Assembly: GCA_002633005.1 (NCBI GenBank)
Contig: NMRA01000257.1
Coordinates: forward strand, 154,731-218,730
Reading direction: 5' to 3'
Length of the DNA stretch: 64,000 nucleotides
Origin: Phoronis australis
Taxonomy: Eukaryota > Animalia > Phoronida
Of the stretch, positions 27,501 to 34,945 are shown piece after piece. Numbering within the stretch: the first letter of the stretch is position 1; each line of letters opens with the position of its first letter. Under the pieces are notes generated by a model, which worked only from the letters and a program-made list of their open reading frames with translations, made no database searches and was not told the origin of the DNA. The translations under genes and the position numbers were made by a program.

Positions 27501-28489
27501 CCACATTTTACTAACTTTTGAACATCATATCTCAGAAATAACCGATCTGATTCATATGAAACTTCAAGATATTATGTTTTATGCCCCTTTCTCCAAAATG
27601 TTGTTACGGTTTATTTTTGAATTGTTGTATTTTTGAATGAAAGGCTTTCAAATATTGAGCTTTCACGCTTTTCGTGAAAATTTTAAAGTTGCACAAAAAG
27701 AAAACGAAATGATTGATTAGAAAACTGTATGTTCTTGAACATGTATCAAACAAAATTTGGTCTTGTTATTGATAACGTCGTTTTGCTATGAATTTACCTT
27801 TCTTTTTCCTAATTTTATTAAAAACACGTGATCAGGTGACCCAATAGACAAAAAGTCAAAAATTTTGTTCAGGCATTCCATTTTCTGAAACTGTATACGC
27901 TCACTGATATGTGGATAAGTATATTGAAGTCACGTGCGCTGTTTTCAAATTCGCAGTTTCACGGCTGCCAGCCCCAATAAACTCCCTAGTCGCATTTTCT
28001 TGAATTGCTGATGCTTTTGATGTTCTTGTTTGTAACGGGGGATTGAATCCTGTCACAAGGAATATTTAGATACCTATTTTATGAGAATAAAAGGTCGATC
28101 TCATTCAATTTCTGTTTTCTAGCGAAATCATGATGCAGCTTTGACATAACCCTGAGACGACCACAAATCAATGCAGTTTAAAGTTATTGTCAACTGATGC
28201 TCTTTAACACAAAATCAAATGTTTTCACTGACAAACGTTAATCGATGAAGAATCACAATTTGATTATAAAACGTTTTATATGATCTTTGGACATGAAATG
28301 AACTGTATATGGCTATGTTAATTGTAGCCACCTGGTTAAGTTTACCTGAGCAAGTGGTACTGTCGGCAACTCTCCAAACATCTCAATTTCTGCGACGCCA
28401 TTGCCACCTTTCCGTTTCTTCCTTGTCTTTAACATTGCCGCCAGGCTTACAGAGTGAAACGCCAAATTTTGGCGGCCGTGGTGATACAT
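338..28489 (-). CDS. TRPA1: TRPA1-like transient receptor potential cation channel (multi-exon, 3' end outside window)
   Basis: 21 exons joined by GT-AG introns in consistent phase (2895 nt, 965 codons): 28489-28346, 27185-27067, 22033-21820, 19762-19658, 18627-18519, 16254-16109, 14664-14540, 14048-13793, 13356-13190, 11728-11567, 11262-11151, 9966-9797, 9309-9180, 8209-8132, 7195-7125, 6573-6384, 5763-5644, 5512-5346, 2925-2865, 1034-963, 514-338. Encodes about 17 ankyrin repeats, the TRPA1 linker (TPMENLIKYTPEGAEVVLNHCM; MVKYKREHLLSHSLCQALMAHKW), S1-S6, pore TFSMSVGEVNF and S6 MPVALMNLL. Confidence 0.93.
963..1034 (-). CDS. TRPA1: TRPA1-like exon: S5
   Basis: ttttacag|GCT...GAG|gtacag; ATAVWILFVMAFASAFGVIFRDIE. 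Confidence 0.88.
2865..2925 (-). CDS. TRPA1: TRPA1-like exon: S4-S5 linker
   Basis: ttgtttag|A CTG...AAG|gtaaat; (R)LDSIGIYVIMFTTVLHTLLK resembles TRPA1 RFENCGIFIVMLEVILKTLLR. Confidence 0.9.
5346..5512 (-). CDS. TRPA1: TRPA1-like exon: S3-S4
   Basis: caccag|GGC...AG|gtgagg; GLDSFLDQYNLLHLALLVSSMVFMVPPSQIPCVLQWRAGWIFVFLSWINLIMYLR (QW..G....W.N...YL motif). Confidence 0.9.
5644..5763 (-). CDS. TRPA1: TRPA1-like exon: S2
   Basis: ttgcag|AAC...CGG|gtaagt; NGQPQKSFSMETSEIFQHSIMLFVLVCLNAIGKLTSMFFR, hydrophobic helix, phase 0/0 fits neighbours. Confidence 0.85.
6384..6573 (-). CDS. TRPA1: TRPA1-like exon: pre-S1, S1 and S1-S2 loop
   Basis: tttcag|G CGA...CAG|gtgagc; (W)RRFGRVGFTINFLNFLLFVLLSYSYLL...; two N-x-S/T sequons (NES, NST) in the extracellular loop. 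Confidence 0.88.
7125..7195 (-). CDS. TRPA1: TRPA1-like exon: linker helix-turn-helix
   Basis: ttgcag|ACT...TG|gtaagt; TMVKYKREHLLSHSLCQALMAHKW resembles TRPA1 AMVQNNRIELLNHPVCKEYLLMKW. Confidence 0.92.
7210..7495 (+). mobile_element. Degenerate LINE (CR1/L2-like) 3' fragment
   Basis: ...LRTT...QSF...AGFLLWNSLSLELK resembles the SF...G..LWNSLP C-terminal motif; AATAAA follows. Confidence 0.4.
8132..8209 (-). CDS. TRPA1: TRPA1-like exon: coupling-domain beta/A-loop region
   Basis: tttttcag|ATG...ATG|gtaaga; MMCRFDYVDPPPDDACCKKRKYWALM (matches YNFKYLQCP...LTALN region). Confidence 0.85.
8783..9013. repeat. 25-bp minisatellite (about 9 copies)
   Basis: Unit atgcatatactattacaaactatac. Confidence 0.95.
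9180..9309 (-). CDS. TRPA1: TRPA1-like exon: linker
   Basis: ttcacag|C TGG...ACG|gtaatt; WEKAMSVRDREGFTPMENLIKYTPEGAEVVLNHCMQLNDSTST. Confidence 0.9.
9797..9966 (-). CDS. TRPA1: TRPA1-like exon: last ankyrin repeats
   Basis: tttttgcag|AAC...AG|gtagtc; NSALHHACYEGHGAVVQLLLDHHADVTIKNSAGESALDRAIKHQMTDAVVALLNHT. Confidence 0.92.
10973..11113. mobile_element. MITE-like repeat
   Basis: Imperfect TIRs taaagttcagtaa...ttactgaactcta; right half recurs at about 38140-38214. Confidence 0.5.
11151..11262 (-). CDS. TRPA1: TRPA1-like exon: ankyrin repeat
   Basis: actag|G GAT...AAG|gttagg; DENYITPLMTAACNGHGSIVKTLLANGPSIDALDKIK. Confidence 0.9.
11567..11728 (-). CDS. TRPA1: TRPA1-like exon: ankyrin repeats
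   Basis: ttgaag|G GCC...AG|gtgagt; AGHDECLEILLSAGVAEINDGDIDGSTPLSLACKNGHERCVATLLSFGADLSS. Confidence 0.9.
11763..12485. mobile_element. Interspersed repeat with long sub-terminal palindrome and TTATCCCATACGC inverted repeats
   Basis: Second copy at about 24329-24917, colinear; inverted 13-mers at 11888 and 12473; imperfect palindrome 11763-11892. Confidence 0.7.
13190..13356 (-). CDS. TRPA1: TRPA1-like exon: ankyrin repeats
   Basis: ttttcag|CGA...GA|gtaagc; RVNCGLLEVPNRYEQTALHVASQLGQGEIVTALLEHFASSDAKDFEEKTPLHLAA. Confidence 0.92.
13793..14048 (-). CDS. TRPA1: TRPA1-like exon: ankyrin repeats
   Basis: attag|G ACG...AAG|gtaact; TSMFESCGVMKLLLDHGAQINAKDVNSMTPCLWAAQSGHKESAEFLLSHGAHITSVDDQNRTCLHLAIESN... 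Confidence 0.92.
14290..14395. mobile_element. Small TA-flanked MITE (Tc1/pogo-like TACCGTA-type ends)
   Basis: About 27-bp imperfect TIRs tactatgctcgtccgggttaccgccca / tgggcggtaaaccggacgagtaaggta; related left end at 63952-64000. Confidence 0.6.
14540..14664 (-). CDS. TRPA1: TRPA1-like exon: ankyrin repeats
   Basis: gttaag|GAA...AG|gtaaag; ENMWTPLHVAAIHDHISIASMLISQGARVDAVDENMMTPLH. Confidence 0.9.
16109..16254 (-). CDS. TRPA1: TRPA1-like exon: ankyrin repeat
   Basis: tactag|TC GAA...AAG|gtggga; ERRGISLAQYVNTKNNGGETALHVAVGNGNEEVVKLLLCHGADAEATK. Confidence 0.9.
16828..18158. mobile_element. Non-autonomous Kolobok-type DNA transposon with THAP-domain transposase remnant and 312-bp inverted arms
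   Basis: TTAA at 16824-16827 and 18159-18162; AGG...CCT (RR..YY) termini; arms 16828-17139 and 17847-18158 are reverse complements (about 90% identical by eye). Internal frameshifted THAP (MPRCCCVPGC...RFPKD...W...RVCGKHF...LKKGTIPSL) and a KFIV..LELFGRCQVCG...ECVAGH..W zinc motif. Confidence 0.85.
18519..18627 (-). CDS. TRPA1: TRPA1-like exon: ankyrin repeat
   Basis: ttttcag|TTG...G|gtaaac; LDQGADLRAVDSSGRTVLATAAAEGFWSVVTHILNE. Confidence 0.9.
19658..19762 (-). CDS. TRPA1: TRPA1-like exon: ankyrin repeat
   Basis: ttccag|TGC...TTA|gtaagt; CLLLHGCDVNCFDLDGCTPLHEACLQNNVDIVTAL. Confidence 0.92.
21010..21141 (+). mobile_element. Possible short non-autonomous Helitron
   Basis: A|TC start (tctctactagt) and ...cacgggtaacggCTAG|T end; sub-terminal hairpin degenerate. 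Confidence 0.4.
21820..22033 (-). CDS. TRPA1: TRPA1-like exon: ankyrin repeats
   Basis: tttccag|G GTA...AAG|gttcgt; VFVMDILLSTCTNVDIQGIDGYTPLHVACKFRSIDALNALLGAKANPDVKDDKGKTALHIASRRGGSSLVK. Confidence 0.92.
24329..24917. mobile_element. Second copy of the TTATCCCATACGC-bounded repeat
   Basis: Colinear similarity to 11840-12485 in the same orientation. Confidence 0.7.
25200..25745 (-). mobile_element. Degenerate CR1/L2-group LINE reverse transcriptase fragment
   Basis: HDRLLFKLRKYGISG...; GAPQGNVLRPLLLLVFINDLP matches the [21 protein letters not shown] RT motif; frameshifted. Confidence 0.8.
26342..27005 (+). mobile_element. Possible solo LTR carrying heat-shock-element arrays
   Basis: Imperfect (c)GTGGG...CCCACA ends, repeated TTCTAGAA motifs then a TATA-like tatgaata; no TSD found. 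Confidence 0.3.
26536..26683. promoter_or_regulatory. Cluster of heat-shock-element-like nGAAn inverted arrays
   Basis: GAActTTCtaGAA (26536), GAAtaTTCtaGAg (26581), TTCcgAAAagTTCtaGAAtgTgCttGAA (26632), AAAagTTCtaGAAcgTTg (26666). Confidence 0.5.
27067..27185 (-). CDS. TRPA1: TRPA1-like exon: first ankyrin repeats
   Basis: tttacag|GCC...AG|gtcatt; AIRDGETATVERYMKINPQTATELDDNGYTSLHYAARYN; phase 2 matches exon 22033. Confidence 0.87.
28346..28489 (-). CDS. TRPA1: TRPA1-like putative first coding exon
   Basis: Acceptor ttggtag at 28491; ATG 28489 (alternative ATG 28435); ends ...TVPLAQ|gtaaac in phase 0 and joins AIRDG to form the ankyrin-type PLAQAIRDG helix. Confidence 0.65.
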
Positions 28490-30537
28490 TCTACCAAGAG
28501 AAAACTTGAAATTATTGTGAAATTCGAAACTTCTGAGCATTCATCGTTTAGCCTTACACAGAGGAGAAATGACGAAGTCGTTTAATTTCACGCAGAGGAA
28601 AAAGTTAAATAATTATGTTTGACGCGAATGGTAAATTGTAATTGGTGTAATAAATTACAGAAAAAAGTATTTGTGCATTCCGCGGGCAATCCACGCTGCA
28701 ACGATGTTACAGAAAACAATAAGAACTCCCGCACGTTACCTCGACGTGTTTTGAACGTGAACGATTCCATCAAACTTTTTTATACTTACCCGTTCTCTGC
28801 ATGACTTTACAACCTAATCTATTTCAACCAATGAATGCCGCTGCTGGACTAATCGATTGATCGCATCGTTTAGCGTAATTTTATGTTGTCACTCCTAGAT
28901 ATTTGGCCGATTGATTTAAGGATTCTGCCTCTAGAGATGACTGAGAGTTAAGGTTGTGCAAGCTTTGAAAGGTCATAATATAAACAAAATTTCCACATAG
29001 TCGCAAATATCGATACGAGGCTAAAAGTAAACAGATATCACAAACACAAAGCTCATGTATTAATGTATGTATAACAATGCGTGTTTGATTTAAAAACAAC
29101 ATATTTTTTTCGTCATGTTTGTTCATCGTCTCAAATTTCGCGTAACAGTTACTCTGATCTTTAACCGATCTTCACTGGTGGCGAAATAGATGAGCTACTT
29201 TGCAGGCTAAAACGAATTAAAACTCTTGCGTTTTGGCCAAGCAGACGAGCTGTCCGCGAAGGTGCCATTTTCGCCAATGATTAGAACAACGGCCTTTTGT
29301 CACTGCGCATGTGTATGTTTGGGAGTAAACGACTTGGCTACAAATGTGCTACCGAAAATGTCACCAGTTTTGGTGTAACTCAAACCTCCAACAAAGTCCC
29401 GACAAAATCGTTTACTGACATCACTGATGCTTTTGTTATTATCGAAATACGTCATCCATAATGCCTTAACTGGTCACCACGAGGGCCTTGCAAAGAACCG
29501 AAAGTGTTAGCAGAAATACCAATTTTTCAGGCAGTTTGTGAATAGGATATTGGTGGACATTACTGAAATGGTTAACATTCGAGCTACGGTGCGACACAAT
29601 ACGTGACATGTTCGGTTTGGTTCACAATAGCTAGCCATTAAAGAAAGCAGTCTCCACATCATTACCTGGCGCCCAATTCTAAATTCACTTGACCAACTTA
29701 GAACATGCAGGCGATCCAGATATGGCAACAGCCGAGGGCATAAAATAGGGCGGAGCTACTCTTACTCGGATAAATATGCTTCCATGCAATTTGAGTTCGG
29801 TTGGAAGCTAAAGACTACACCAGTATCAGAATTATCATATATGCTTATTGATGAAAAATATGTTCAAGCACGATAGCCCCCGAGACAAGGTCACATAAAT
29901 AAAGTGGGGCCTTTTTTCTGGCAAAACCATAAAAATGAATAATGGACACCACACGTATTCCACGGCTCCCTCTTATTCTGACATCATTGTTGAGACACCC
30001 GACCATCCGATAGTACAGAGACGCTGAAGGAAAGCAGTACAGCACACTACGTTATACAAATAACACTGATAGACTTTTATTTCCCAGTATTGCCAACTTG
30101 AATATCGACCATCGACGACTCAAAGAAACTCTTCAGTATTTATTGGCCAACCCAAAACATACAAAAATGCCACATGTACGCATTACCTGTGAGTTGCCAA
30201 GTTGCCAGTTCATTAGACCACAATTCTATATCTGATCAAGGATCTCAGCATTGTTTTAGACCCCAAAGTACTCGGTTAACATTTGAAAATGCATTGACTG
30301 GTGAAAAGCAGCGAAATGCTGACGTGACCCTCGAGTTGAGTTCAGCATGTTCAGTTTTCAGTGTTTTTCACGTGCGACTTGGCCATAGCTTTATCCGTGG
30401 TTGAATAAAAGTATTAGTTAGGCGGGGGTGTCAGGGGGTACTTGCCCCCACAGTTGGGCAAAAATTAAGGAAAAATAGGATTCAACAAGAAAAAATAGGA
30501 CAGTGGAGGAATAGCTATTTTAAATTAAAAGAGAACA

Positions 30538-30783
30538 CATGCGCGCACCCAGCCTTCAATATGGGGGGCTCGAATTCCTGTCTTTGTGGACCTCTTGGTA
30601 ACAAAAAAGTGGGCGGATTAAAAAAAAACTGGAGCACCACTGCGAATTGCGCGTTTGCGCATGTTTGATAAACTTATGCCTCATTTTCTCGGACTTTTGT
30701 CTCTCAGAGGCGGACCTTTTTGCCCACTTTGCCAAATGGGGGGCTCGTTCGAGCCCCCCGAGCCCCTCCTGGGTGCGCGCATG
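30538..30783. mobile_element. MITE with CATGCGCGCACCCAG TIRs and 5-bp TSD (hAT5-like)
   Basis: TIRs at both ends; GAACA on both flanks; same family reversed at 63447-63686. Confidence 0.8.
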
Positions 30784-31516
30784 GAACAGCAGAAATCTAC
30801 TCAGCATGTGTCTGTGAACTGACAACTAGTGGGTCATCTGCCACACGCAAACAGTGGCTTGGGAGAAGGAAACATCGAGTCACGTTCAAATTGTTAAGTG
30901 GACTATTTACCAGAAAGGGAAATTGATCAAATTTTGATAACGTTATTTTTACCTCTTATAATATGTGTGTACGAGCGTTTTCGATGACTGTCTATCAAAA
31001 ACCGTATTTTGCGATTGAAAAACGACAAACGAAAATTGAAAACCTTTCGGCGATCACATTATTTTAACGTGGGAGACGGGGTTGTCTGCCTTACTCTGCA
31101 CATACAGCCAATGGCGTGAACAAAAAATACAAGGATGAGATCACGTTCAAATTTCTAAAGGTTTTTTTACCAACTGTGCCATGAGTAACGTCTCATTATT
31201 GTTGAGCGCCGACCAGTGTACGCGAGTGTTTCCGATGACTGCTGGTCAGAAACTTTCCTATTTTGTGGTTGAAATTTCCAAAGAAAAAACGAAGAGAGGC
31301 TTTTTGCTCAGGATGTATCGTTATTGTGTCACTAGCAAAAGTTTTCTTTCTTATCACAAGCGGGCGCTGCGAAGGAAGTGCAACTCCTTTCCTCTCTGAC
31401 ACAGCGCCACCTATACTGAATAGTGGCCAGGTGGAAACATGATGAATGACGCACGTGTGTGGGCTTCAATGCGGAAGTATGCCGATCACATCGCCACCCC
31501 TTGCACACGCCTTTAT

Positions 31517-31664
31517 CATGGGCGGCGCAGTACTGAAAAAAGTGGGGAACTATAGCGCCACAGCCCGCTGTGGTGCACCGTCCATAGACAATGAGCTGCG
31601 TAGCTGAAAAAAGCCTGGGGGCCGGACTATAGCCCTCCCAGTCCCCTATGGTGCGCCGCCCATG
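31517..31664. mobile_element. MITE with CATGGGCGGCGCA TIRs and 5-bp TSD
   Basis: TTTAT on both flanks; a shorter related copy lies at 31742-31802. Confidence 0.75.
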
Positions 31665-33784
31665 TTTATGCAGCTTGCTTGGGCTTAAGCTACTGGATCG
31701 GGGTTCCATTGATTTTGTTTACTGTGATCACTGCCCTTTTTCATGGGCGGCCGGGGGGGGAGGCTATAGCCTCCCACTTTTTTTAGTACTGCGCCACCCA
31801 TGGTTTTAATAAAATGCAACTACTCAAGTCAAAGGTGGTCGCCATCATATTTGGTAACTTAAACTGAAAGGGGTTTCCCAGATTTCTACCAATGGGAATG
31901 ACTGAATGTTATGATTTTATTTCGCCAACAAATGAAAGGCCAGATGTTGTTTAAAAACAACATTCGACAGTGCTACCTTTCGTAGCAATGTGATCTTTCG
32001 ACCTAATAAGAGTATGACTCCAAAATGAAATTCGGTAATGCGCCAGGGAACATCTGTTAGACATATATGCGTGTGCTTTAGATCAAACTGAGAAAACGTT
32101 GGAGAGTAAGACACTGCGAATCGCATCATTCACTTCTTGTTTGAAACGGTAGCCGGTTTTTGTCAGTCTTGGCAAGTACAGGGACTTCTCACCCACAGGA
32201 GGCGTCCATTTGAAGAGTACTCCCAGCAGCTTGATCGTGAACTGAAAATTCTACTCATAGTCCCGTAATTTCCAATTCATATCAAAATGCCGGAATATTT
32301 TTTCTCGGGCATCGCGATCAGGTCAGTGAACACCAAATACTGTTTAGTTAACATAGAAAATTTTCCCGATCAGCTACCGGTGTTGATTTCTTAGAGTAAC
32401 CGAAGTTCTGAGTTACAACACCCATCCAGACATGTAACTCAAGTCACCAACAGGCAATGCGGACAAGTTCTGCCTTGTGAATTCGCATTTTTAGAGTTGG
32501 CCAACCCCCTAAATACACTTAATGGTTTCGATATTGTTGGTGATATCTGCGATCAAGTTCATAATCTCGTTAAGGAATAACTATAGGAGACGATTTTATT
32601 GGCGTAAGTTGGGTTAATTCTTGTTTCGGTTTTTGTCCGCTAAATACTGAGGAAATGCAGTTTTGAAAAATAATGACGGTTGACTTAATGTTCTGAAATA
32701 AAGTTGAGTTTTACATTGTTTCCAGGAAACATAATATGTGGGATTAAAAGACCACCATTTGATGATGGATTCAGTACGTGAAGGTGGCAGGGTTGTATTG
32801 ACGCAGAGACTTTCAGCTTTTTCATGAAGTTTGTGATTATCCCTGCCGGAAAGAAGCTTCGATCGCATGTCAAGCCTGTGAAAGTAGGGGTGATCGGCGA
32901 TAGCAGTAAGTGGTAAGTAGGCGCCCAAAGCCCACCGTATCAAGTCGAATACTGAACGTAACTTACGGTGCGTAGGCGCTACGTTCAAATGCCAAAAGGT
33001 GGTTGGCTGTGCCTACGTGCGCCTACCCCACTACAGTACTGGCTAACGAATAAAAGTATAAAAATAGTTATCCCGGATAGACTTCATGAAGAATGGCCGA
33101 TCTTGCAAAGTCCAAGGGTGCTGGACGCGAAACCACCGTACTCTTAAGGTCACCTTAATCTAGCGTCCCATTCACAATACACATAAATCCGATAACTTAT
33201 GAAGCCATCTTAGCGTCACGTAAGTAATATTAGTCGAGTTCACCTTATCTCTGAAGCGTTGGAAAAAACTGTCGCGATGTGATTCTTTTTAAAGGAAAAT
33301 TATTATTATTGTTTAATTTGGCATTGTTAGTGTTTTATGAATATTAGTAATATTGTTGTTGATTTGTTAGACACTTTTATGTTATTCCATAATAATTCAG
33401 TAATAAAGACCATAGGTCCATTGAACTAAAGCATAACATGTAACCTACTGAGTGTAGCAAGCTATCACGGAATGGAAAAAGTTAACTAGTTAGCATCATC
33501 ACTCGTTGACAGTAATCTATTGAACTTGAAAACAGACGGAAATTACAGTAGTACACTTCAATATAATTTTCTCTCAATTTAAAATATTATCACAGCTTAG
33601 AAGGAAATGGTACTTGTCTTCAACCACACTGGACGGTTTAGAATTGACACACTTTATTTGACCGATCCAAGTTCAAGTGCTTGCCTACTTCAATCATGAG
33701 ACTGTGGCCAGAACAACGTAACGTGCCATGAATATAATTTGAGCACGTGTATATTCAAGCTTTTTTCAAATTGAATTCCCTTTT

Positions 33785-33946
33785 CAGGGTCGGATCCAGG
33801 ATTTTTATTTAGGGGGGCCAGGGCAGAATATTAGCCAGAGGATTTTGCCCGTCAGACGGCGCACCCCCGAACTGCCAAATGAAATCTGGGAGAGTTTTAG
33901 GGGGGGGGGGGCATGGCCCACTTGGCCCCCTCTAAATCCGCCACTG
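33785..33946. mobile_element. MITE of the CAGTGGCGGAT TIR family
   Basis: cagggtcggatccagg ... taaatccgccactg; TSD not preserved. Confidence 0.6.
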
Positions 33947-34866
33947 CAATTGATTTTCATTATTACTCTCAATTACTCTCAGCACTTAGTCTCCATCCTT
34001 GCAGATCTCTTATATTTGCAGAAAAGTATTTTCATTATGGTGCGGAGTATGAAAATATCTCAAAAAAATTACTATTTTTATCATCAAATAACTTATTACC
34101 ATGTATGCGCATTTTCAGGCCCATGCACCTTCAACTGAGTTGCATTTTCAAGAATTTCTTGGGTTCAGCGCATGTCCCTACGTCAAAGTTCGTCCTTGTA
34201 ATAGTTGCGAGTCTTGAGCAAGGCAGCTCCGGTAAACCGTTAACGAGAGCCACATGCGAGGATATTTTGGGTCGTCTTGACGACTATATGTATATGTACT
34301 GGGTTTTGTTTTGTAAAATTATAGCCTTGTGCGACTGACAAACCGGCTTCGGGTCACGGTATAGTTGTGGTGGCTGGAAAATTAGGCGTTTCCGGGGCTT
34401 CAGTGTTATCCTCACAACGTGTCACGTGTCTATAGTCGGGACTAGCCATAAAACCCATGAAACCATGGGTCGAATCGGTGCCTTACCAAAGTGATTACTA
34501 GTAGTCCGCGGCAAGCGCCGGTTTATCTCCGCCCGGGAGTCAACGCAAAAAAATCAAGTAGGCCTAAATGCCAAGCGAACATTTCTCAGTGTTTTTGATC
34601 AATGGATTTCATTTCCTCTGTTACCCTTTCTCGGAAACATTGTCTCTTTGTAGAATTTTAGAGGACTTGCGAAATGTGGACTCTGTGGGTTTCCACGACC
34701 GTATCATGTTGTTTGCCAGTTCACAACTGAGGCCGACCTGTTGACGAGACGCCCGGTCTCGCCACATGGTGAATGCCCGAGAGTGCATGCGGTTCGGGCA
34801 CAGGTTGTTGACCTATTCAGACTTTGACCTATTTTACTTTGTGAGGACTTGAAACACGTCGAAGAA

Positions 34867-34945
34867 ATGGCGTCAAAAAAATCGAACTCTACAAGCTTCA
34901 TGATTGCCGTTGACGGAAGTAAACATGCGGAAGAGGCTTTTAGAT
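34867..34945 (+). CDS. USP-1 exon 1
   Basis: MASKKSNSTSFMIAVDGSKHAEEAFR T|gtacgt, phase 1. Confidence 0.88.

Noticed and set aside
27900-28050. Possible extra TRPA1 exon (open frame with AG/GT)
   Set aside because: No homology signal, and exon 28346 joins 27185 directly in frame, completing an ankyrin motif.
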